Source of the DNA: Nitrosopumilus maritimus SCM1
GTDB taxonomy: Archaea; Thermoproteota; Nitrososphaeria; Nitrososphaerales; Nitrosopumilaceae
Direction: 5' to 3'
DNA: 32,000 nucleotides
Assembly (NCBI RefSeq): GCF_000018465.1
Contig: NC_010085.1
Location: forward strand, 810,001-842,000
Position numbers and translations under genes: made by a program. Positions 7,489 to 14,646 of the stretch are shown one piece after another (the first letter of the stretch is position 1; each line of letters opens with the position of its first letter). The notes under the pieces are model-generated. The model did not search any database and had not been told where the DNA came from. It saw nothing but the letters and a program-made list of their open reading frames with translations.

Positions 7489-8589
7489 CTAAGAAGTGAG
7501 TTTTTTCACAAGACTAAGAAATTCCTCATCAGAATAAGGAGGAATTTTCATCACTTCAAGATTCTCAGATACATGTTCTGCAGATTTTTGACCAACAAGA
7601 GGTGCAATAACTCCAGGAGATGAACGGATAAACTGCAATGCCCTCATTGAGGGTTTCAAATCACTAAATTCAGGCATAACACCAGGTTGCAATAATCTTC
7701 CTTGCATTAGCGGCACACTTGTGAAAACACCAATTCCCAATCTTGTTGCAGATTCTAAAACAGAAACAGGGTTGTTTTGAATTGTTTGAGTTTTTCCAAG
7801 TAATGCTTGATCATAATACAAGTTGAAAGGTAATTGAATGAACTTAAATCCGTGATTTTCTCCACCAACTTTTTTTGCCATGTTTACGGTGTCTTCTAAT
7901 GAAAGGTATTGGGGATTGTCAGTTGAAACTCTAAAACATTCCCAGGTAGCCATTCCGTAAAATTTGATTTTTCCTTCATCACGTTTTTGTTCATATAACT
8001 CAAAAACAGTTTGGAGATTCTGCAAAAATTGTTCTCTTGAAACATCTTTAATTTGTCCTTCAACTGCATTGTGAAGGTACATCAAGTCAACACATTCCAA
8101 ATCAAGATTTTTCAAACTACGATCTAACTGATCAGAGAGATAGGCAGGAGTCATACAATGATAACCTGAAGTAATATCTCCTTCTTTGACAACGCCTTTT
8201 TGAGTATATTCTTCTTTTACATATTCCCAAAAACCTAACTGAACATCAGCATCATTTGTAACATATCCATTTTTTGTAGAGACAAATATTTGATCACGGG
8301 AAATTTTATTTTCTTGAATTAGCTCAGAGATTGCTTTTCCAACAGATCTCTCTGCTTTTTGAGAACGATAGTTTATTGCAGTATCAATTACATTGACACC
8401 AGATAAGATAGATTGTTTTACTGCACCAGATACTAGTTCATCAGTTCTAGTATCAGGATCACCAAGATAGGTTCCAATTCCAATGTTGGACAAAGTCAGA
8501 TTTTCAAATTCTTTAAAATTGTCTTGATTTACGCCTGAGTTTTGGGCAAATTGTTTGGTTCCTTCAGGGGTTGCAAATCCAGAAATCAT
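7489..8589 (-). CDS. aldo/keto reductase family oxidoreductase
   Basis: 366 aa. GIGTYLG, VIDTAINYR and KAERSVGKAI fit the AKR pattern. Confidence 0.85.
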   Translation of the reverse strand: MISGFATPEGTKQFAQNSGVNQDNFKEFENLTLSNIGIGTYLGDPDTRTDELVSGAVKQSILSGVNVIDTAINYRSQKAERSVGKAISELIQENKISRDQIFVSTKNGYVTNDADVQLGFWEYVKEEYTQKGVVKEGDITSGYHCMTPAYLSDQLDRSLKNLDLECVDLMYLHNAVEGQIKDVSREQFLQNLQTVFELYEQKRDEGKIKFYGMATWECFRVSTDNPQYLSLEDTVNMAKKVGGENHGFKFIQLPFNLYYDQALLGKTQTIQNNPVSVLESATRLGIGVFTSVPLMQGRLLQPGVMPEFSDLKPSMRALQFIRSSPGVIAPLVGQKSAEHVSENLEVMKIPPYSDEEFLSLVKKLTS

Positions 8590-8619
8590 ATTTTGTCTAA
8601 ATTTTTACTAAATTTATGT

Positions 8620-9510
8620 TTAAACTGTAATGCCAATCAAAAAACTCAGGACAAACAGTGCACCAGTAATTCTGCTAAACATCAAGGTGGAGGACATGAA
8701 AGGAACTAGTTTTTCAACAGAATCATAAGTCTTTTTCAAACCAAATCCAGATTTTATTACAAGAGGAACGCTAAGAAAGGTAACCAAAGTGATTGTTGGA
8801 AATAGATTCAAAGATACTCCCAAAATTATTACACAATAAGAAACAATAGGAAATATCCAAAATAGTTTTGTTGCCTTTTGCTTGCCAACTGCAATAACTA
8901 ACGTTTTTCTTCCTTTTGACTTGTCAGCATCATGATCAGGAAATGATGCAATGAATAACACTAGAGAAGACAGCGAACCTACCACAATTCCTGCAAGAAT
9001 GGATTCCACAGTAATTTGTCCAGATTGAATGAAGAAAGTACCAAGTACAATCATAGAACCTTTTACTGCAACAAAAAATTCACCTAATCCAGAATCAACA
9101 ATTTTTGTAGAGTAAAAGTAGATGGATAATATTGCAAAACCAAGAATGACTGCAATGATTATTCCATCAGTAATTACAAAATATGCACCAATTGCAGAGC
9201 CTATTACCAAAAATGCAATTCCTGCACGATAAACACTAGATGGTTTGAGTAATCCTTCAGGTAAAACACCTGTTCCACCACTCATCTTTGTTTTTGGGGT
9301 TTTGGCATCTATACCACGTTTAAAATCCCAAAAATCATTTAGCAAATCAACACTAGCATGTAATGCCATAACTCCTGCAAAAGTCAAAAATGCATCAAAC
9401 GGTTCAATGGTTGAATTTTGCCACCAATTTAGAGCAAGACCAACAGATACTGCAATTACTGACGCCAAAAGAAAGCGAATTCGAATAACCCTAAACCATA
9501 CTGAGAGCAT
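8620..9510 (-). CDS. menA: UbiA-family prenyltransferase, MenA-like (1,4-dihydroxy-2-naphthoate prenyltransferase)
   Basis: Polytopic membrane protein. First Asp-rich motif LLNDFWDFKRGID and second FPDHDADKSKGRKT. I prefer ATG 9510 over the adjacent TTG 9513; the TATA-like element at 9533-9540 is centred 26.5 nt upstream. Confidence 0.75.
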   Translation of the reverse strand: MLSVWFRVIRIRFLLASVIAVSVGLALNWWQNSTIEPFDAFLTFAGVMALHASVDLLNDFWDFKRGIDAKTPKTKMSGGTGVLPEGLLKPSSVYRAGIAFLVIGSAIGAYFVITDGIIIAVILGFAILSIYFYSTKIVDSGLGEFFVAVKGSMIVLGTFFIQSGQITVESILAGIVVGSLSSLVLFIASFPDHDADKSKGRKTLVIAVGKQKATKLFWIFPIVSYCVIILGVSLNLFPTITLVTFLSVPLVIKSGFGLKKTYDSVEKLVPFMSSTLMFSRITGALFVLSFLIGITV

Positions 9511-9566
9511 CAAAAATAATACAGTTTTTCAGTATAATATTCATGAGATTGAGCGTTAGATCATTA

Positions 9567-9574
9567 TTTATAAA
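9567..9574 (+). promoter_or_regulatory. TATA-like element for the 9596 zinc-ribbon gene
   Basis: TTTATAAA centred 25.5 nt upstream of ATG 9596. Confidence 0.45.
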
Positions 9575-9595
9575 AAAAATCAACCAAACCTTATC

Positions 9596-9799
9596 ATGAT
9601 TATTGGTAGAATTTTAGAAAATGAAAAGAAAGTAAAATTCGATGAAGAGATTATTTGCACAAATTGCGGTAAAAAAGTACCAGGAGGTCTCCAAACAGGT
9701 GAATCATACTACCAAACACAAGAATTTCAAGTAGAGTTGGAGAATTTTAAGAAAAATTATCTTTGTGGAATTTGCAGAGATAAGAAACGTAGAGACTAA
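9596..9799 (+). CDS. small zinc-ribbon protein (67 aa)
   Basis: CTNCG ... CGIC pairs. TTTATAAA (9567-9574) is centred 25.5 nt upstream of the ATG. Confidence 0.55.
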   Translation: MIIGRILENEKKVKFDEEIICTNCGKKVPGGLQTGESYYQTQEFQVELENFKKNYLCGICRDKKRRD

Positions 9800-9821
9800 A
9801 GTTGTAAAATTTTTGAGAAAA

Positions 9822-10223
9822 TCAGACTAGAGATTCATCACTTACTTCAATAGGTTTTCTACCCATAAATCCAGAGTCTTTTTCATGCCAGAATTTTATT
9901 TCTGTTTCACCATACTTCCAGCACAACCAAACTTCATCATCAAATCGTTTGGAAGGAAAATCTAGCAATCCTTGTTCTATACTTTTTACAACAACTCCAG
10001 TACTCTCAAGAATTTCAACTGCCTCATAAAATTTGGTGATTGCAGAGTTTAGTTGTTGTTTTAAAGTCACATATTCTTCAAAGGAATTAGTTGTAGACAC
10101 ACTCATTTGTAATTGCTGTTCAAGTTTTTTTACTTCATTTTGTTTTGCCAAAGCATATTCGTATTTTTTTATCACATCAGGAAGTGCTTCATTTGCTTCA
10201 TTTGTAGTAAAAAATGAGAACAT
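9822..10223 (-). CDS. DUF2203-family protein (from memory of the family pattern)
   Basis: FTTNEANEALPDV at the N-terminus and GLLDFPSKRFDDEVWLCWKYGETEIKFWHEKDSGFMGRKPI at the C-terminus. I prefer ATG 10223 over the ORF-track start 10334 because the TATA-like element is centred at 10249, 26 nt upstream. Confidence 0.7.
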   Translation of the reverse strand: MFSFFTTNEANEALPDVIKKYEYALAKQNEVKKLEQQLQMSVSTTNSFEEYVTLKQQLNSAITKFYEAVEILESTGVVVKSIEQGLLDFPSKRFDDEVWLCWKYGETEIKFWHEKDSGFMGRKPIEVSDESLV

Positions 10224-10282
10224 GTAAACTCTGAATGGTTCTGAATTAAAAATCTTAGGTGCAGATTTATTAGTAAAACTAC

Positions 10283-10573
10283 ATGATGAAAAACATGAGT
10301 GAAGAACAATTAGAGGCACTAATAGTTCAAACAATCAATGGTGCTGTAGCAACAATTCCAGCATATCTTGACGAGATAAAAGAAAACAAAGAAGTTCTAA
10401 AAGTAGAAGACCCAAAAGAGTTTGTTTATGGAATTGTGATGGGCATGGCATTAGGAATGAGTGGAGCAATACTTAGTGCACAAAAAGAAATGCCAACACC
10501 AGAAGATCAAATCAAAGTGAGAGACATTGTCTACAAACACATACCAGAGATTAGAGAACGGATTTTCAATTGA
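10283..10573 (+). CDS. hypothetical protein (about 92-96 aa)
   Basis: Clean ORF. Three ATGs are available (10283, 10286, 10295). TTTATTA at 10266-10272 is centred 26 nt upstream of 10295, which favours MSEEQLEAL... as the N-terminus. Confidence 0.55.
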   Translation: MMKNMSEEQLEALIVQTINGAVATIPAYLDEIKENKEVLKVEDPKEFVYGIVMGMALGMSGAILSAQKEMPTPEDQIKVRDIVYKHIPEIRERIFN

Positions 10574-10974
10574 TAGAATTTAGTGAAAAAGAAACAGAGT
10601 TTCTCAATTCATTAGAGGAGGCTAGAATAGCAACATCACATGAAGACATTCCACATGTAAAGCCAGTATCTTTTGTATTATACAAAAATGCAATTATTGT
10701 TGCAACAGATTATGAAACAAGAACGTACAAGAATCTAAAAACAAATCCAAACACAAGTGTAACAATTGACATTTACAAATCAGGAGGACACAAGGCAATA
10801 GTAATCCAAGGACAGACAGAGATTATAGAAAACGGAAAAGAATTTCAAAAATTTTATGAAATATTCCATGAAAAATTTGAATGGGTTCGACGAGATCCTT
10901 GGAAAGAAAATGAAGCACCATTTCTAAAAATTATCCCCAGTAACAAAAGCAGTTGGGGTCTAAACACAAAATAA
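10570..10974 (+). CDS. pyridoxamine 5'-phosphate oxidase-like FMN/F420-binding split-barrel protein
   Basis: ARIATSHEDIPHVKPVSFVL...NLKTNPNTSVTID fits the PNPOx-like pattern. The TTG start overlaps the upstream stop (TTGA). Confidence 0.75.
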   Translation: MIEFSEKETEFLNSLEEARIATSHEDIPHVKPVSFVLYKNAIIVATDYETRTYKNLKTNPNTSVTIDIYKSGGHKAIVIQGQTEIIENGKEFQKFYEIFHEKFEWVRRDPWKENEAPFLKIIPSNKSSWGLNTK

Positions 10975-11000
10975 TATTCTTTTACAGTTAAGGGAAGATT

Positions 11001-11195
11001 TTATTTTCTTTTACTCTTTAGTTTTTTTGCTCGAGGTTTTGTTCTGAGTAAACGTCCACAGCAAGGACACCACAATCCTTCCCAATCAATGAACAGTTCA
11101 CATTCAGGACATCTCTTTTGTCCCAGATCATATCTACTACCATCAAGACCAGTACTTGTTGCCTTGTATTTCTTACAAGATCCATTACAATGCAC
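11001..11195 (-). CDS. small zinc-ribbon protein with basic C-terminal tail (64 aa)
   Basis: CNGSC ... CPEC ... CPCC, followed by RTKPRAKKLKSKRK. Confidence 0.6.
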   Translation of the reverse strand: MHCNGSCKKYKATSTGLDGSRYDLGQKRCPECELFIDWEGLWCPCCGRLLRTKPRAKKLKSKRK

Positions 11196-11296
11196 AAAAG
11201 ATTATGAAATGAGATATAGAAAAACAATTTCATTATTTTCAAATGTTGAAGAATTAACACCCCAACAAATAAAGAACACACCCAAAAGAATAGAGC

Positions 11297-11575
11297 ATGT
11301 CAAACAAAATCAAATGTTCACACATCCTTGTTTCAAAACAAAGTGAAGCACTTGCAATAATGGAGAAATTAAAGAGTGGAGAAAAATTTGGAAAATTGGC
11401 AAAAGAACTTTCCATTGATTCAGGAAGTGCCAAAAAAAATGGAAATCTAGGATATTTTACAAAAGGCATGATGGTTAAGCCCTTTGAAGATGCAGCATTC
11501 AAGTTACAAGTTGGAGAGGTATCTGAGCCAATAAAATCAGAGTTCGGATATCATATTATCAAGAGATTCGGATAA
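11297..11575 (+). CDS. single-domain parvulin-type peptidyl-prolyl cis-trans isomerase (PinA type)
   Basis: 92 aa. KCSHILV...[54 protein letters not shown] matches the thaumarchaeal PinA parvulins as I recall them. Confidence 0.92.
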   Translation: MSNKIKCSHILVSKQSEALAIMEKLKSGEKFGKLAKELSIDSGSAKKNGNLGYFTKGMMVKPFEDAAFKLQVGEVSEPIKSEFGYHIIKRFG

Positions 11576-11588
11576 TTTAGTCACAGAT

Positions 11589-11864
11589 ATGGCAGTACTT
11601 ACAGAAAATGCAATAGAAGAAATTTTAGATTATTTAGAAAAATCAATCACAAATCTAGCCAAAGATGCATTTGAGAATTTAGAAGTAAGTGGAGGATTTG
11701 AAGGAACAATAAATTTTCTAGAAAGTCAATTTGAAATCAGATTAGAGAATTTACTTGTGGCAAAAGGTTCCAGTACACATCATTTAGAATCAGGAATGAA
11801 AAATAAAATTATTCAAAGAAAACAAGTAATTATTCAAAACATTACTAAACAATACAAAAATTAG
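11589..11864 (+). CDS. hypothetical protein (91 aa)
   Basis: Clean ATG ORF 13 nt after the parvulin stop, so probably co-transcribed. No motif recognised. Confidence 0.5.
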   Translation: MAVLTENAIEEILDYLEKSITNLAKDAFENLEVSGGFEGTINFLESQFEIRLENLLVAKGSSTHHLESGMKNKIIQRKQVIIQNITKQYKN

Positions 11865-13369
11865 ATAAACGCATCTAATCCTGTCTTTTTAGAAACAACT
11901 TCTTGATTTTTTTCCAATACCTTAGTCATTTTATCACCCATTGCTTTTGATGCAGACATTTTTCGTTTACCAATCCAATAGTATGTCTCATCAATAGTAT
12001 TTTTTGCAATTAGAACAACTAGTTTTCCAGTATCTTTTCTTCCAGTTCTACCTCGTCTTTGAATAAATCTAACAGAGCTAGGAACATTATCATAAAAGAT
12101 AACTTGGTTTACTTCAGCAATATCCAACCCTTCTTCACCAACACGAGTTGCAATTAAAACATCAAAGATACCATCACGAAACTTTTGTACAATTTCAATT
12201 TGCTTTTTTTGTTTTAGGCCGGTTTCACCTGCTTTACCAATCAGAATTCCCGCAGAAACTCCAAGTTCAGTCAATTTACTATGAATTAAATCAACAGAAT
12301 CACGATAGCTTGTAAAAATCAAAGCCTTTCCAGGTACAGATTCTATGATATCTTTTAGTTTAGGAATCTTAGAATGTTCAATTCCCCTAGATTGAGCTTC
12401 TTTTGCAAGATGTACTGCACGAGTAAAATTTGGGTCAACCTCAAAGAGTTCCTTTACTCCTGCACCTTTTTTTGCCTTGGCACGCTCACAGAACTTCAAA
12501 AACGGCGTAATTCCATGTGCCTCTAAGATGTTTAGTGCATAGTGAATTCTAATTGCAGTGAATAGTGGTTTTGCAGAACGTCTATTCTGATTTAATACAA
12601 ATTGTCTAATTCTTAATAGAGCAGAAAGTGATTGTTGTTCAGCTAGTTTGATTCCATTATCACGTAATGTTTGATATCTTTGATCAAGGGCTAATTTCAA
12701 TAATGTTTGAATTGTTTTTAGTTCTGGTGGGAGTTCAACATTTATCCATTCAGTGTTGGTCTCCTGAGTATATGGTTTGACATCAGGACTATTTTCTGTT
12801 CTTTCAGCAACACTTGCAATTTTTAATTTAGTTAAAATTTCAGTTGCCTTGTCTTTTTCACTAGGCAATGTTGCAGTCATTCCAACAATTCTTCCATCAG
12901 AATTAACAAAACGTTCTGCGATTCCAGAATATGCATAATCTCCAACTGTTCTATGTACTTCATCAAATATTATGAGATTAAATTGGTTAGACGAAACAAT
13001 TCCCCTATCCAAATCATTTTTTGCAATTTCAGGAGTGGCGCAAATTACACTGTTATTCCAAAGTTTGGTTCTTTTTTGAATAGTATCCTCACCAGTTATT
13101 AGAGAAATGTCATCTAATGTTAGATTCTCTTTTAGAAATTCATAATGTTGGTTTACAAGTACTCTTGTAGGTGCTAAAAACAATGCACCGCCAGTACCTT
13201 TGGAGAGATATTCCGCAATAACTTGTAATGCAATTGCAGTTTTTCCAAGACCAGTTGGCAAAACTACAATACAATTTTCAGAGATAGCCTGATTTGCAAG
13301 GTTTACTTGGTAATCTCGCTTTTCAATAGAGTCTTTTTTGACATATCTTTTTTCAATAAATTCAGTCAA
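11861..13369 (-). CDS. hef: Hef/FANCM-type superfamily-2 helicase (helicase part only, no ERCC4 nuclease domain)
   Basis: RDYQ, VLPTGLGKT (motif I), FDEVHR (motif II), MTATLP, and the C-terminal motif VI region IQRRGRTGR. TTG start at 13369. Confidence 0.85.
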   Translation of the reverse strand: MTEFIEKRYVKKDSIEKRDYQVNLANQAISENCIVVLPTGLGKTAIALQVIAEYLSKGTGGALFLAPTRVLVNQHYEFLKENLTLDDISLITGEDTIQKRTKLWNNSVICATPEIAKNDLDRGIVSSNQFNLIIFDEVHRTVGDYAYSGIAERFVNSDGRIVGMTATLPSEKDKATEILTKLKIASVAERTENSPDVKPYTQETNTEWINVELPPELKTIQTLLKLALDQRYQTLRDNGIKLAEQQSLSALLRIRQFVLNQNRRSAKPLFTAIRIHYALNILEAHGITPFLKFCERAKAKKGAGVKELFEVDPNFTRAVHLAKEAQSRGIEHSKIPKLKDIIESVPGKALIFTSYRDSVDLIHSKLTELGVSAGILIGKAGETGLKQKKQIEIVQKFRDGIFDVLIATRVGEEGLDIAEVNQVIFYDNVPSSVRFIQRRGRTGRKDTGKLVVLIAKNTIDETYYWIGKRKMSASKAMGDKMTKVLEKNQEVVSKKTGLDAFI

Positions 13370-13465
13370 CGTATAAAGAAAATTTGTAATTTATCGATTT
13401 TATGCTTTCGTGTAGTTAACCATTGACAAATGTATACTCTTTAGTTTCAAATTAACAAAAATTTG

Positions 13466-13486
13466 TGCCTAAGAGAGGCATTTTTT
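13466..13486 (+). other. short hairpin followed by T6 in the longest intergenic spacer
   Basis: TGCCT-aagag-AGGCA (5-bp stem, 5-nt loop) followed by TTTTTT and preceded by an A5 run. Neither flanking gene reads into it, because they are divergent. Confidence 0.25.
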
Positions 13487-13541
13487 CTAAAAAAATCAAA
13501 AAAACAAGTCCATTTTTATCCCATTATTGCAAGATAAAGTC

Positions 13542-13787
13542 ATGAGTGAGAAAAATCCCAATGAGGAATATTTTCAATCATTGCTAGAGTCATTAAACAA
13601 AGATCCTAATTGGAGAACAGTGGAAGAACAATTAGAAAAATACGAGTTGATCAAAAAAGATCTCACACCAGAACAACAAGCAATAATTTCAGAGATGGGA
13701 AGAGCAATGTTAGCACTTGCAGACTCGCAACCAAAAATTATAATTGACAAATTCTTAGAATTGGTCAAAAATCTCGATAAAAAGTAA
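13542..13787 (+). CDS. hypothetical acidic protein (81 aa)
   Basis: I prefer ATG 13542 over the ORF-track TTG 13527. A TATA-like TTTTTAT at 13513-13519 is centred 26 nt upstream. Confidence 0.5.
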   Translation: MSEKNPNEEYFQSLLESLNKDPNWRTVEEQLEKYELIKKDLTPEQQAIISEMGRAMLALADSQPKIIIDKFLELVKNLDKK

Positions 13788-13810
13788 AAAAGAAAAAATG
13801 AGAAAGAAAA

Positions 13811-13999
13811 CTATTCTAGTTTTTTCTTTGCTCGGTTAATCATAGCAGTCTCCTCTCGAAGATGCTTTTTCAGTAATCGCTCATGTGCTTTTTTGTGAAC
13901 ACTGTAAGCTTTGTTCAAAGATTTCTTGGTCTTTGCTTTTTTTACAGCATTGTTGAATTTTTTGTGAATAGCGTTTACTTCAGCAGTATAACTTGCCAT
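13811..13999 (-). CDS. small lysine-rich helical protein (62 aa)
   Basis: MASYTAEVNAIHKKFNNAVKKAKTKK... starting at ATG 13999. A TATA-like element is centred near 14024, 25 nt upstream. The 130-aa ORF-track version would overlap the dCMP deaminase gene head-on. Confidence 0.45.
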   Translation of the reverse strand: MASYTAEVNAIHKKFNNAVKKAKTKKSLNKAYSVHKKAHERLLKKHLREETAMINRAKKKLE

Positions 14000-14039
14000 C
14001 AAATCTCCAGTTTGGAGGAAGTTAAAGAAGTTTGTGTAC

Positions 14040-14642
14040 ATGTTGTTCACGAACATATTGATCGCAAAAAAATCAGAATTTAACGTGATCCATATATTGA
14101 ACAGACCAACAGAATTGGTATTGAGTACTTTTGAGAGACCAAACTGGGACGAATATTTTATGCTACAAGCAGAACTTGCTAAGCTACGTTCAAACTGCAT
14201 CACAAGACAAGTTGGAGCAGTAATTGTGAGAAATCACAGACAGTTAGCAACAGGGTACAACGGGACACCTCCGGGAATCAAAAATTGTTTTGATGGAGGT
14301 TGTAAGAGATGCCAATTGAGAATGGAAGGAAAAATAGAATCAGGTGCATCACTTGACAGATGTCTATGTAACCACGCAGAAGCCAATGCAATAATGCATT
14401 GTGCAATACTAGGAATTGAAGCAGGTATAGAAGGAGCAGTTCTGTATACGACATTTGTTCCATGCCTAGAATGCACCAAAATGGCAATAACAATAGGAAT
14501 TAGAAAATTTGTATGCCTTGACTCTTATCCAGAAACAGACTTTGATTTGCTAAAAGAAGCAGGAGTAGAAGTCATACAATTAGATAAAGCAAAAATTGCA
14601 AAATGGGCTCAAGAACTAGTTAACAAATACAATTCTGGATGA
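14040..14642 (+). CDS. dCMP (deoxycytidylate) deaminase
   Basis: RPNWDEYFM, the zinc motifs CNHAEANAI and PCLECTKMA. The start is uncertain: ATG 14040, or downstream TTG 14058, GTG 14085 or TTG 14097. Confidence 0.88.
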   Translation: MLFTNILIAKKSEFNVIHILNRPTELVLSTFERPNWDEYFMLQAELAKLRSNCITRQVGAVIVRNHRQLATGYNGTPPGIKNCFDGGCKRCQLRMEGKIESGASLDRCLCNHAEANAIMHCAILGIEAGIEGAVLYTTFVPCLECTKMAITIGIRKFVCLDSYPETDFDLLKEAGVEVIQLDKAKIAKWAQELVNKYNSG

Positions 14643-14646
14643 TAAA

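Noticed and set aside
10283-10289. ATGATGA (C-box-like) strings as C/D-box sRNA candidates (also at about 15598 and about 17451)
   Set aside because: No CTGA D box at an appropriate 40-70 nt distance and no terminal stem. All lie within coding sequence. I cannot exclude C/D-box sRNAs elsewhere without a dedicated scan.
10224-10334. 37-codon N-terminal extension of the DUF2203 gene
   Set aside because: It overlaps the divergent 10283 gene. DUF2203 proteins begin near the ...T..EAN..LP motif, which directly follows ATG 10223, and the TATA-like element fits 10223.
11018-11502. Three overlapping ORFs (11018-11281 -, 11089-11346 +, 11254-11502 -) around the zinc-ribbon and parvulin genes
   Set aside because: They overlap the well-supported parvulin gene and the Cys-rich 11001-11195 gene in other frames or strands. 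Their translations are low-complexity, and they span the divergent promoter region.
13370-13541. Replication origin next to the hef/polB neighbourhood
   Set aside because: No orc1/cdc6 gene, no repeated ORB-like boxes and no extended AT-rich unwinding element beyond the general AT-richness.
14000-14203. 68-codon N-terminal extension of the 13811 ORF (130-aa version)
   Set aside because: It would run antisense through the start of the dCMP deaminase gene. The extension is Asn/Phe-rich low complexity, and ATG 13999 has a TATA-like element at the usual distance.
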